NCBI GenBank assembly: GCA_031414535.1
Contig: JANNVQ010000008.1
Coordinates: 24,106 to 88,105, forward strand
DNA: 64,000 nucleotides
From: Gemmatimonas sp.
Lineage (GTDB): Bacteria; Gemmatimonadota; Gemmatimonadetes; Gemmatimonadales; Gemmatimonadaceae
Direction of reading: 5' to 3'
Part shown: in pieces, positions 38,300-47,298 of the stretch
Layout of the letters: every line of letters begins with the position of its first letter
Position numbering within the stretch: position 1 is the first letter of the stretch
Translations under genes and position numbers: made by a program
The notes under the pieces: generated by a model
What the model saw: only the letters and a program-made list of their open reading frames with translations
The model's database searches: none
What the model was told of the DNA's origin: nothing

Positions 38300-40201
38300 A
38301 TGCGTCTCGACCCTCGCTTCACCTTTGAACGCTTGGTGGTCGGCGCGGCGAATCGTCTCGCGGCCGCGGCGGCGCGGGCCGTGGCCGAAGCGCCGGGCAC
38401 GACCTACAACCCGCTCTTCATCTACGGCGGCTCCGGGCTCGGGAAGACGCATCTGCTCACCGCCACGGCGCATCTGCTTCAGCACCTGCAGCCGAAGGCC
38501 GAAGTGCTCGCGCTTTCGCTGGACGAGTTCTCGGAGCAGTATCACGCCGCCGTGAGCGCGGGCGAGACATCGGCCTTTGGGCATCGCATTGCCGGGGTGG
38601 ACCTGCTGCTGCTCGACGATTTGCAGTTTGTGACTGGGCGGCGGGAGATGCAGGCGGAATTGTTGCGCCTCTTCTCCGTGATGCAGGACAGCAATCGGCA
38701 AATTGTCTGCGCCAGCGACCGTCCACCGTCAGAGATTGCCGACGTGGATGAGCGTTTGATTTCGCGGATGGCGGGTGGCCTCGTGGTGGATGTGGGGCTG
38801 CCGGAGTATGAGGCTCGCGTGGCCATTCTTCGCTCGGCCATCGCTGAGCGCGAGATTAGTGTGCCCGATGGCGCGGTGGAGCGCCTCGCCGAGCGCGGCA
38901 TCTCCAGTGTGCGCGAGTTGCAGGGCTTGCTGAATCAGTGGATTGCACAGGAGTCCATGGGCGCCAGTGCTCGCAAGATGCCAACGCCGATGCCCGGCGG
39001 TGTGGATGCGTTACGGCCCTCCGGCGAGTTCCTCTCCTTTCTCTCCGATGTGGCCGCTGTGGTGCAGGAGCAGGTGGAGACATGGCAGGTGCGTCTGCGC
39101 GAGGTGATTGCGTACTGGAAGGGCGAGGGCTATCGCACGGCGGTGCTCGAGCGCGCCCTCGCCCTGCCAAGCGAACCCGATGTGCAGGGACTGCTTGCCA
39201 TTTATGTGCAGGCGGTGGATCACTTGCGGGTGCTGGAGCGCGAGGCCACGGCGGTGGACGGATCCCTTGGCGGTCACGAACTGTTTCGCGATCCCGAGCG
39301 CCTACAAGAAGCCGAAGAGTTCGTGGACAAGGCACTCGCTGGTGAGTTCCCCCCGGGTGGGCCCAATCCGTCGTTTACGCGCGAAGGCTTTGACGTTGGC
39401 TCGGCAAATCAGCTCGCCGTGCACGCTGCCGACGCCGTGATTGCCCAGCCGGGTACCCGCTACAACCCCTTGCTCATCACGGGGCCGAGCGGCGTGGGCA
39501 AGACGCACCTCGTGCACGCTATCGGTAACGCCATTGCCGCGCGCAGCGAGGGGCAGGTGCTGGCGGCCTGCGTGCATGCGCAGGCGCTGGTGGATGAATT
39601 GATCGCGGCCATTCAACAGGGCACGGTGGAGCGGTGGAGAGCGCGCTACCGTGCGGCCGGTATCCTGGTGATTGACGACATCCAGTTCCTCGCGGGTAAG
39701 GAGCGCACGCAGGACGAGTTCTTCTTCGTATTCAATGCGCTCATCGAGGACGGCAAACAGATTATCCTCTCGTCGGATCGCGTGCCGTCCGAGATACCCG
39801 ACCTTGCCGCGCGCCTGCGGTCGCGCTTCGAGGGCGGACTCATAGCGGAGATTCAGTCGCCGGACCGTCCGTTGCGCGAGAAGCTTGCGGCGCGATTCCT
39901 CGCGGGATTGGGCCGTGCCGCACCGCCCGAACTGCTCGATGTGATCTGCGATCCCACCGTGCGTAGTGTGCGCGAACTCATTGGCGTGGTGAACCGCTTG
40001 GCGGCGGCGGCGGAAGCCTTGGGCGTTCCGCTCGATGCGGCGCTTGCGCGTCAGGAGCTTGGTCTGGGCGCCGCAGCGAGCGCGACCATCGCGCCGCCGG
40101 CCGCGGCCGCGAGCGCTGGCGATCGTACGTTCTTGGACCGTGAGCGCGTGGTCTGGGAATGGGCTGATCTGAGCGGGCGCCTCATCGAGGAGCTTCGCTA
40201 A
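38300..40201 (+). CDS. Protein with two tandem DnaA-type AAA+ modules, lacking DnaA domains I and IV
   Basis: Two copies of F..F/L.VG.AN.LA, YNPL.I.G.SG.GKTHL, hhhDDhQF, SDR.PSEI, L.SR..GG, SVREL.G; no C-terminal HTH. Confidence 0.88.
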   Translation: MRLDPRFTFERLVVGAANRLAAAAARAVAEAPGTTYNPLFIYGGSGLGKTHLLTATAHLLQHLQPKAEVLALSLDEFSEQYHAAVSAGETSAFGHRIAGVDLLLLDDLQFVTGRREMQAELLRLFSVMQDSNRQIVCASDRPPSEIADVDERLISRMAGGLVVDVGLPEYEARVAILRSAIAEREISVPDGAVERLAERGISSVRELQGLLNQWIAQESMGASARKMPTPMPGGVDALRPSGEFLSFLSDVAAVVQEQVETWQVRLREVIAYWKGEGYRTAVLERALALPSEPDVQGLLAIYVQAVDHLRVLEREATAVDGSLGGHELFRDPERLQEAEEFVDKALAGEFPPGGPNPSFTREGFDVGSANQLAVHAADAVIAQPGTRYNPLLITGPSGVGKTHLVHAIGNAIAARSEGQVLAACVHAQALVDELIAAIQQGTVERWRARYRAAGILVIDDIQFLAGKERTQDEFFFVFNALIEDGKQIILSSDRVPSEIPDLAARLRSRFEGGLIAEIQSPDRPLREKLAARFLAGLGRAAPPELLDVICDPTVRSVRELIGVVNRLAAAAEALGVPLDAALARQELGLGAAASATIAPPAAAASAGDRTFLDRERVVWEWADLSGRLIEELR

Positions 40202-41818
40202 ATGGCCATCAAGGGCTCACTCAAGGAAGCGTCGCTGCCGGACGTGTTGCAGTTGCTCGCCATGGGCAAGAAGAGCGGCTGTTTGTCGGTGACGCATCGT
40301 AGCAACTTTGGCTCGATCTACTTTGACAAAGGGAAGATCAGCTACGCGAGCATCGTGAACCGTCGCGACCGGTTGGGCGACATTCTCGTCAAGGCTGGCG
40401 TGCTCGCGCAGGAGCAACTTGACGAAGCCATTGCGCTGCAGGCCAAGGCCCGTGGTCAGCGACTCGGCGATCTGCTCGTGGCGCATGGCATGATGACGCG
40501 CGAGCAACTGCACGCGCAGATTCGTATTCAGATTGAGGAAGCGGTCTACTTCTTGTTCACGTGGGCCGAGGGCACGTTCAACTTCGAGTCGGACATCAGG
40601 CCCGATGAGCAGGACTTCTTGGTGGCCATCAATCCGGAGTCGCTGCTGCTGGAAGGCGCGCGGCGCGTGGATGAGTGGAGTCTGATTGAGAAGAAGATTC
40701 CGTCATTCGATGTGGTGTTTGAAGTTGATCGACGTCGTGTGGCGGAAAGTTCGCCGAAACTCACCACCGAGCAGCAGACCCTGCTGCCCTTGATTGACGG
40801 TCGCGCCGATGTGACCGCACTCGTGGACGCCAGTGGCTTGGTGGAGTTTGATGTGGGGAAGGCGCTTTTCGGCCTGGCCACGGCGGGCTTCCTGCATCGG
40901 GTGGGGCGGTCGAAGGCGCCGGAGGAAGTGGCGACGGATGTGCGCGTGGAGGAGCATCGCAACCTCGGCGTGGCCTTCTTCCGTGCCGGGATGCTCGATG
41001 AAGCGGTGCGCGAGTTCCGTCGCGTGACCGAGTTGCGTCCGGAAGATTTGGGGGCGCGCTTTCAGCTGGGCGTGGCGCATCTGCGTCTGGGCAAGTGGGC
41101 TGAAGCGCTCACGCATCTCGAGGCGGCCGCGCGGCAGCGGGGTGCCAAGGCGGCCGTGCACCACAATCTCGCATTGGCCCTCGAGCGACTGGGGCGCGAA
41201 GATGAAGCAAAGGCCGCATTGGAGACGGCGCTCAGCCGTGGTGGGGACGAGGAGCCGCGCATCCATCTCTCGCTGGGTGTGCTCGCCCTGCGGGCCGGGG
41301 ACTTCGCCGCGGCCGACGAGCATTTTATGCGCGCTCGCCCGCTCTACGGGAATCGGCTACCGACGGCGGTGTGGTTTCATTCGTCGGCGCTGGCGGCGGC
41401 CTTGGCGGGACAACTCGAGAAGACGGTGGCGTTGCTAACCGAGGGCGTGGAGGCGCACCCGCACGCGGCGGCGCTGCACAACAATCTTGCCGTGGCCTTG
41501 ATCGCGCTCGGGCGAGGGGACGATGCGTTGAAGGCGGTGCTGCGCGGCTTGCAGGAAGATCCTGGACTCTCGCCGCTGCATCGCAATCATGGCGATCTCC
41601 TGCTCGCGCAAGGCAATCACCAAGGCGCGCTCGAGGCCTACACGCAGGCCGTGCGGCATCACGAGACATTAGGCCCCGAGGTCTGGGCCCGGCTCGGCGC
41701 ATTGCGTTTGGAAGGCGGTGATCCGGACGCGGCGCGCAAGGCGTATGAGCAGGCCTTGGTGCTCGACCCTGGGCATGTGGCGGCCAACGAGGGTCTCACG
41801 ACCCTGCGCTTGGGATGA
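40202..41818 (+). CDS. DUF4388 + MshEN-like + TPR protein
   Basis: MAIKGSLKEASLPDVLQLL, tandem RLGDxLVxxG motifs, LLLEGARRVDEW, C-terminal TPRs. Confidence 0.87.
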   Translation: MAIKGSLKEASLPDVLQLLAMGKKSGCLSVTHRSNFGSIYFDKGKISYASIVNRRDRLGDILVKAGVLAQEQLDEAIALQAKARGQRLGDLLVAHGMMTREQLHAQIRIQIEEAVYFLFTWAEGTFNFESDIRPDEQDFLVAINPESLLLEGARRVDEWSLIEKKIPSFDVVFEVDRRRVAESSPKLTTEQQTLLPLIDGRADVTALVDASGLVEFDVGKALFGLATAGFLHRVGRSKAPEEVATDVRVEEHRNLGVAFFRAGMLDEAVREFRRVTELRPEDLGARFQLGVAHLRLGKWAEALTHLEAAARQRGAKAAVHHNLALALERLGREDEAKAALETALSRGGDEEPRIHLSLGVLALRAGDFAAADEHFMRARPLYGNRLPTAVWFHSSALAAALAGQLEKTVALLTEGVEAHPHAAALHNNLAVALIALGRGDDALKAVLRGLQEDPGLSPLHRNHGDLLLAQGNHQGALEAYTQAVRHHETLGPEVWARLGALRLEGGDPDAARKAYEQALVLDPGHVAANEGLTTLRLG

Positions 41819-42660
41819 TGGCGGCGGCCGAGGGTGACGAGGCCGCCTTCCGCGCCCTTCTCGAGCAGGTGGCGCGAGATAAGGGCTTTGCCTGCGGCAA
41901 CTATAAAGACGGTTGCCTGCGCCGCCGCGTGAGTGTGCGGATGCGCGCGCGCGGTCTGAGCGACTACGGCGCCTATGCCACGCTCTTGCGTCAGGACGAT
42001 GCGGAGTACGAGCGGCTGATGGACACATTGACCATCAATGTGACGCGATTGTATCGCGATGCTGATGTGTGGGACAGCTTCGCGGCCGAGATTCTGCCCG
42101 AGCTCTGGAGTCGCACGGAGTCCGGGCTCAACGTGTGGAGCGCGGGCTGCTCGTCTGGCGAGGAACTCTACACGCTCGCCGCAATCATTGACCATCATGC
42201 GGTGGCGAGTGGATCGGAGCGGCGGCTGAAGTCCACGCGCATCGTGGGCACGGACATTGATGCCACATCGCTACGTGCGGCTCGCATTGGTAGCTACGCG
42301 GAAGCGGCCTTCAAAGAGATGCCAGCGGCCTTACGCGATCGTTATTTCATTGTGGACGGTGCGCCCGCTTCACCCGGGACGCGCACGGCCGCAGCTGAGT
42401 TGCGTGCGCTCGTGCGTGTGGAACGTCGCGACGTGATCCTCGAGGATTCACCAGGGCAGGGATTCGATCTCATCACCTGCCGCAACCTGCTGATTTATCT
42501 TGACCGCACCGCGCAGGAAGCAATCTTTCGCCGCTTCCACTCGGCGCTGGCGCCGCACGGGATTCTGATGTTGGGCAAGGTGGAAACCATGCTGGGGCCG
42601 GCGCGGCAGCTCTTTGCGTCGCGTCATCAGCGTAGCCGCATCTTTCGGAAGGCCTCGTGA
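41815..42660 (+). CDS. cheR: Chemoreceptor methyltransferase CheR
   Basis: LTINVT.LYRD, WSAGCSSGEE.Y, GTDID, DLITCRNLLIY. Confidence 0.94.
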   Translation: MMAAAEGDEAAFRALLEQVARDKGFACGNYKDGCLRRRVSVRMRARGLSDYGAYATLLRQDDAEYERLMDTLTINVTRLYRDADVWDSFAAEILPELWSRTESGLNVWSAGCSSGEELYTLAAIIDHHAVASGSERRLKSTRIVGTDIDATSLRAARIGSYAEAAFKEMPAALRDRYFIVDGAPASPGTRTAAAELRALVRVERRDVILEDSPGQGFDLITCRNLLIYLDRTAQEAIFRRFHSALAPHGILMLGKVETMLGPARQLFASRHQRSRIFRKAS

Positions 42661-43136
42661 GCGTGCAGCACGTGCGCATCGCACACATTGCGGTGGCCAA
42701 GGAGGGCGGGCGGCTCGTCGCCGTGGGTCTTGGATCATGCGTGGCGCTGACGCTCTACGACCGCGTGAAAGGCATTGGGGGAATGGCGCACATCCTGCTG
42801 CCTGACCCGAGCGCGGCGCGCGACGCTTCTAATCCCGGGCGTTTTGCTTCCACCGCCGTGCCCTTGCTTCGTGAGGCCCTGATGGCGGCGGGAGCGCGCG
42901 GGCCGTTCGAGGCCAAGCTGGTGGGCGGCGCGGCGCTCTTTGGCAGCATGCTCGGGAGCGGGGGCCAGCAGATGGGCGAGCGGAACGTCGAGGCAGCCCG
43001 GAAGGCGCTCGTGACCCTGTGCATTCCGATTGCAGCGAGTGAAACGGGCGGTGTCAGCGGACGCACGGTGTCCTTTGACGTGAGCGATGGCCAGCTTGAG
43101 GTGCGGAGTGTGCGCGGCGGGATTCGTGTGCTCTAG
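42657..43136 (+). CDS. cheD: Chemoreceptor deamidase CheD
   Basis: GLGSCV, GGMAHILLP, AKLVGGA, GERNV, ETGG..GRTV. Confidence 0.94.
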   Translation: MSVQHVRIAHIAVAKEGGRLVAVGLGSCVALTLYDRVKGIGGMAHILLPDPSAARDASNPGRFASTAVPLLREALMAAGARGPFEAKLVGGAALFGSMLGSGGQQMGERNVEAARKALVTLCIPIAASETGGVSGRTVSFDVSDGQLEVRSVRGGIRVL

Positions 43137-43159
43137 CTTGGCGCGAAGAGGGGACTGCC

Positions 43160-44230
43160 GTGTCCAGTGAAGCGCGCACCGTACTCGTCGTGGACGACTC
43201 GGCGCTGCTTGGTGCCGTCGTCCGCGAACTCATTGAGGGGTTTGGCGGATTTCGCGTGGTGGGCGTGGCGCGCGACGGAGAAGAGGCGCTGCGCATGGTG
43301 CATGCGCTAAATCCCGATCTGGTCACGCTGGACATCGAGATGCCCGGTGTGGATGGGCTGCACGCCCTGGGCTACATCATGAGTGAGTGCCCGCGACCCG
43401 TCATCATGGTGAGCGGCGCGACCCTTCGCGGCAACGTGGACCTGACGATCCGCGCCTTTGAGTTGGGCGCAGTGGAGTTCGTGCGTAAGCCCGATCAACT
43501 CAGCCCGAGTGCTTGGGCGACGGTGGCCCCGCGTCTGCACGATGCGCTGCGCGCCGCGTCTGGTGCGAACTACGGGGTGCCGTTGCTGGCGCGACCGCAG
43601 GAGCGTACCCGTGTGACCGCGCGCCCGCTGCGTGGCGCCACGGAAGTGGTGGCCATCGCCGCGTCCACCGGTGGACCACGTGCCTTGGCAGAAGTGATTC
43701 CCGGATTGAGTGCGCAGTGCGAGGCTGGCGTGGTGATTGCGCAGCACATGCCGCCAGGCTTTACCGCGGGACTCGCGCGGCGGCTTGACCAGCTCTCGCA
43801 CCTACCGGTGCGTGAGGCGCAGAGTGGCGAACCGCTCCTCGCGGGGCAGGTCTACATCGCCCCGGGCGGGCGGCACCTCACCGTAATTGCCGAGGGCGAG
43901 GGCGCACGATTGCACTTGAGTGATGCCCCGGCGGAGCATGGTGTGCGCCCGGCGGCGGATCCGCTTTTTCGAAGCGTGGCCAAAGCATTCGGTGCGCGTG
44001 CGCTTGGTGTGGTGCTGACGGGGATGGGACGCGATGGAAGCGCGGGCCTGCGTGACCTGCTGGGCGCTGGCGGCCGCGCCTTGGTGCAAGACCGAGCGTC
44101 GAGCGCCGTCTATGGGATGCCCGGCCAAGCGCGCGCGCTCGTGAACGAAGCCGACGAGCACGCCCTCGGCGCGATGGCCGCGGCGATCGAGCATCGCCTG
44201 GCGGACATCCGTCGCCGAGTGTCGCGGTGA
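43160..44230 (+). CDS. cheB: Chemotaxis methylesterase CheB
   Basis: Receiver domain (DDSA, LDIEMP) plus ASTGGP, QHMP, LTGMGRDG catalytic motifs. Confidence 0.96.
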   Translation: MSSEARTVLVVDDSALLGAVVRELIEGFGGFRVVGVARDGEEALRMVHALNPDLVTLDIEMPGVDGLHALGYIMSECPRPVIMVSGATLRGNVDLTIRAFELGAVEFVRKPDQLSPSAWATVAPRLHDALRAASGANYGVPLLARPQERTRVTARPLRGATEVVAIAASTGGPRALAEVIPGLSAQCEAGVVIAQHMPPGFTAGLARRLDQLSHLPVREAQSGEPLLAGQVYIAPGGRHLTVIAEGEGARLHLSDAPAEHGVRPAADPLFRSVAKAFGARALGVVLTGMGRDGSAGLRDLLGAGGRALVQDRASSAVYGMPGQARALVNEADEHALGAMAAAIEHRLADIRRRVSR

Positions 44231-44667
44231 CGGGGCACGAGCGCGTTTTCATTGGTCGCGTGGGTGACGAGTTGGTCGCCTTCGCGCTCAACTCCGTGCG
44301 TGAAGTGCTAGACACTCCCATCATTCAGCCTCTGCCGTTGACGCCCGAGGCCCTGCTCGGACATCTCACGCTGCGCGAGGCCCACTTATCGGTCCTTGAC
44401 GCCGGGGTCCTGCTGGGTATCCAGTCCAACCTGAGCGCCGACGGCATTGCACTCGTGTTCGCCGAGGGTTTTGCGCTGCGGCTCGACGACGCCGTGGATG
44501 TGTGGGAGCGCGATGCGGCGGCCTTGTTACCCGTGCCGGCGGGGACGGACCGCGTAGGCCTGTTGCGGGGCCTGCTACGACAGGGCCACAATGTGGCGGC
44601 ATTTGTTGATGCGGCGGCGCTCAGCGCCCGTGCACTCGCTACTTTACGAGAACACCTCCACGCATGA
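44227..44667 (+). CDS. cheW: CheW-like protein (2), divergent
   Basis: VREVL...PLPLTPEALLG.LTLR..HLSVLD. Confidence 0.75.
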   Translation: MTGHERVFIGRVGDELVAFALNSVREVLDTPIIQPLPLTPEALLGHLTLREAHLSVLDAGVLLGIQSNLSADGIALVFAEGFALRLDDAVDVWERDAAALLPVPAGTDRVGLLRGLLRQGHNVAAFVDAAALSARALATLREHLHA

Positions 44668-45149
44668 CTACCGCCACCGACACTCGCCGTTCACTCGTCA
44701 CCTGCGCCGCCGCCGGCGAGCTCTTTGCGCTCGACGTGGCCAGGGTGGAGCGCGTGCTGCGCTACACTCCGCCGCGCCGTGTGCCCAACGCGGCGGCATG
44801 GATGGCGGGCGTGATTGCGGTGGGCGATCGTTTGGTGCCCGTGCTGGATTTGCGCGAGCGCATGGGACTTGAGGCCGCCGAGCCGACGGCTGCGTCGCGC
44901 ATCGTGGTGCTTACGCTCAGCGATGGTGCCGTCGGCTTCATTGTTGATGCGGTAGACGAAGTGGTGGCCGTGGATGCCAATGCGGTGGAGGAGGCCCCGG
45001 CCGTGTATCGCGGCTTGGCGCGGGCATTCGTGCAGGGGATCGTGCGGCGCGGGGAGAAGCTGTACATCCTCCTCGCCGCTGACCCACTCGTGACATCACA
45101 GGAGCGGCTCGTCTTGCGGGCCGCTGTGGAGGAGCATACGGATGGCTGA
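44664..45149 (+). CDS. cheW: CheW (3)
   Basis: FALDVARVERV...VPNA..WMAGVI...PVLDLRER...GFIVDAVDEV. Confidence 0.9.
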   Translation: MTTATDTRRSLVTCAAAGELFALDVARVERVLRYTPPRRVPNAAAWMAGVIAVGDRLVPVLDLRERMGLEAAEPTAASRIVVLTLSDGAVGFIVDAVDEVVAVDANAVEEAPAVYRGLARAFVQGIVRRGEKLYILLAADPLVTSQERLVLRAAVEEHTDG

Positions 45150-46002
45150 TGAAACGCTTGCGACCTACAAGGCGCAGTACAGCGCGATTGATGCGCAGCT
45201 CGAGGCCGGCGTTGTGCCAGCGGAGCGCGCCAAGGTGAAGAGCGACATCGTCGGACTCTTCAAGTCCGTCGAGGCGCAGATTGCCGAACTCACGCAGCTG
45301 AAAGACGACATCAAGCAGCTGGTGGACAAGTGGAAGGGTCAGCAGACGGTGAGCGGCGTGGCCGCCCCTGAGTTCCAAGGGGAGAAGCCCGTGGTGCACG
45401 CTGATCATATTGGCGCGAGCACCTTCATCGAGAAGGGTTGGAGTCGCTTGTCACTCGGCGACTACGAAGGGGCGGAGAAGGCGCTGAGCCGCGCAATCGA
45501 GCTCTCACCCGGCGATCCGCAAAGCGAAGCGCTGCTGGGCTGGGCGCAGATGCTGCAGGAGAAGCATGACGACGCCCTCATGAACTTTCAAAAGGTGTTG
45601 ATGCGCGAGCCGGCTAATGCCTTGGCTCGCATCAACGTCGGATACATCTGCCTCAAGAAGAAGATCTTCGGAGAGGCCATCGAGCATCTGTCTAAGGCCA
45701 TTCGTCTCGACAACGACCGCAAAGCCACGCTCTACGCGCACTTTTATTTAGGGCTCGTGTATTTGGAGCGCGAGATGTACGAGGATGCGCAGACCTTCTT
45801 CCAGAAGACGCTTGTGCTCGGCCCCAACCTGATTGAGGCCTATTACGAACTCGGACGCGCGCATTGGTTCAACGATGAGCAGGACCTTGCGCGCACGACC
45901 TGGCAGAAGGGACACAGCACGAACAAGTTCAATCCTTGGGGCAAGAAGTGCGCGGAGACGTTGGCGCTCGTGGATGCTGGTGGCGAGCTGACTCGGGCGT
46001 GA
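45142..46002 (+). CDS. Coiled-coil + TPR protein
   Basis: N-terminal heptad-like helix followed by about five TPRs; overlaps cheW. Confidence 0.85.
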   Translation: MADETLATYKAQYSAIDAQLEAGVVPAERAKVKSDIVGLFKSVEAQIAELTQLKDDIKQLVDKWKGQQTVSGVAAPEFQGEKPVVHADHIGASTFIEKGWSRLSLGDYEGAEKALSRAIELSPGDPQSEALLGWAQMLQEKHDDALMNFQKVLMREPANALARINVGYICLKKKIFGEAIEHLSKAIRLDNDRKATLYAHFYLGLVYLEREMYEDAQTFFQKTLVLGPNLIEAYYELGRAHWFNDEQDLARTTWQKGHSTNKFNPWGKKCAETLALVDAGGELTRA

Positions 46003-46997
46003 GCCTGAGGGTAGCGCTGCGGCGCGTGCTGGCCGCGGCGCTCTTTGCCGCGACACTGTTCGTGGGGACATTGTCCGCCGTGCAGCTGGTACCGAGCACG
46101 AGTGATTCGCTGCCCCCGAGCGCGAGCATCATTGCGGCGGGCCGATTTTCCATCGTGCACTTTGCGAGCGACTTGCGGCTAGCCCGCAGCTTCGCGGATG
46201 CGGCGCTCGCCAGCGACACATTTCCTGGGCTCGCGCGCCCTACGGCACCGGTACTGATTCTCGTGGCGCCGGATGATGAGACCTTTCGGTCGTGGGTGGG
46301 GGCGGGTGCCCCCGAGTGGGGCGACGCCATTGCGTTTCCGGCGCTGCGGCGGATTGTCATGCGCGGACGGGACGCTGCGGGCTCCGGGGGCGACCCCCGC
46401 ATCACGCTTCGGCATGAGTTGGCACATCTGGCACTCCACGAGGCGTTGGGGCCAGGCATTCCGCGATGGTTTGACGAGGGGTACGCCTCATACGCGGCTG
46501 GCGAGTGGGGACGCGACGAAGTGCTGGCGACGAGCTTCGGTTTGGTGTGGCGCGGGATCCCGACGCTGGCGGGCTTGGATTCCGGCTTTTTTGAGGGTGC
46601 CGAACGAGCCCAGCGCTCGTACGCCCTCGCGCACCGGGCGGTCGCGGAACTCGCGGTCATGGATCGGGAGCGCGGCCTCGCCTTGCTCCTTGGGCATTGG
46701 CGCAGCGAAGGGAGTTTCGAGCGGGCCCTCAGGCGGGCTCACGGCATGAGTTCCCTGGACTTTGAGCGGCATTGGAAGGCCCGCATTCGGCGGCAGTTCG
46801 GTGCGCTCGCCTTGGCAGCCGACCTGACGGTGCTCACGCTGGCCCTCACCATTTTCCTCGGTCCGATGTGGTGGCAGCGTAGGAAGCGGATGAAGGATCG
46901 GCTGGAACGGATGCGCGAGGCCGACCGTCTGCAGGAGGAGCGGGAGCGGGCGAGCGCGCTAGCCACCCTTTTGGGTGAGGCGCCCCCGCGGCCCTAG
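45999..46997 (+). CDS. Membrane-anchored HEXXH zinc metallopeptidase-like protein (peptidase MA-like)
   Basis: Hydrophobic N-terminus, LRHELAH, PRWFDEGYA, C-terminal TM helix and charged tail. GTG start at 45999. Confidence 0.8.
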   Translation: MSLRVALRRVLAAALFAATLFVGTLSAVQLVPSTSDSLPPSASIIAAGRFSIVHFASDLRLARSFADAALASDTFPGLARPTAPVLILVAPDDETFRSWVGAGAPEWGDAIAFPALRRIVMRGRDAAGSGGDPRITLRHELAHLALHEALGPGIPRWFDEGYASYAAGEWGRDEVLATSFGLVWRGIPTLAGLDSGFFEGAERAQRSYALAHRAVAELAVMDRERGLALLLGHWRSEGSFERALRRAHGMSSLDFERHWKARIRRQFGALALAADLTVLTLALTIFLGPMWWQRRKRMKDRLERMREADRLQEERERASALATLLGEAPPRP

Positions 46998-47049
46998 GGT
47001 GTTAAAATGAGAGTCGGATTAAGGCTTAATGAACAAGTCCGAACCTTGG

Positions 47050-47078
47050 TTGACTCTCATTACAGGCACCCCTAGACT
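47050..47078 (+). promoter_or_regulatory. Putative sigma70 promoter for the small ORF and tRNA-Val
   Basis: TTGACT-N17-TAGACT, 9 nt upstream of ATG 47088. Confidence 0.6.
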
Positions 47079-47087
47079 CCCCCCCCT

Positions 47088-47267
47088 ATGTCAGAGCGCG
47101 CAAATGCATCCGCTGGGGCTTTGTCCCGGCCGCTGGTCTGGTGGGGCTTGTCAGCCGCAAGTCTCGTCGTGGGGTACGCTGATTTATGGCGTGGGGGGGA
47201 GACGGTGGCCCCGCTCCTGCTCGTGCTCGGCTACTGCGTCCTGATTCCGATAGCCATTCTGAAGTAA
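47088..47267 (+). CDS. Small two-TM membrane protein (59 aa, DUF3098-like)
   Basis: Manual translation MSERANASAGALSRPLVWWGLSAASLVVGYADLWRGGETVAPLLLVLGYCVLIPIAILK; below the ORF-track cut-off. Confidence 0.7.
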   Translation: MSERANASAGALSRPLVWWGLSAASLVVGYADLWRGGETVAPLLLVLGYCVLIPIAILK

Positions 47268-47298
47268 CGCGCCATGGCGCGGTGGGAACTGTATCACC

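Noticed and set aside
38300..40201. Calling this gene the replication initiator dnaA
   Set aside because: The AAA+ module is duplicated, domains I and IV are missing, and there is no dnaN/recF/gyrB context.
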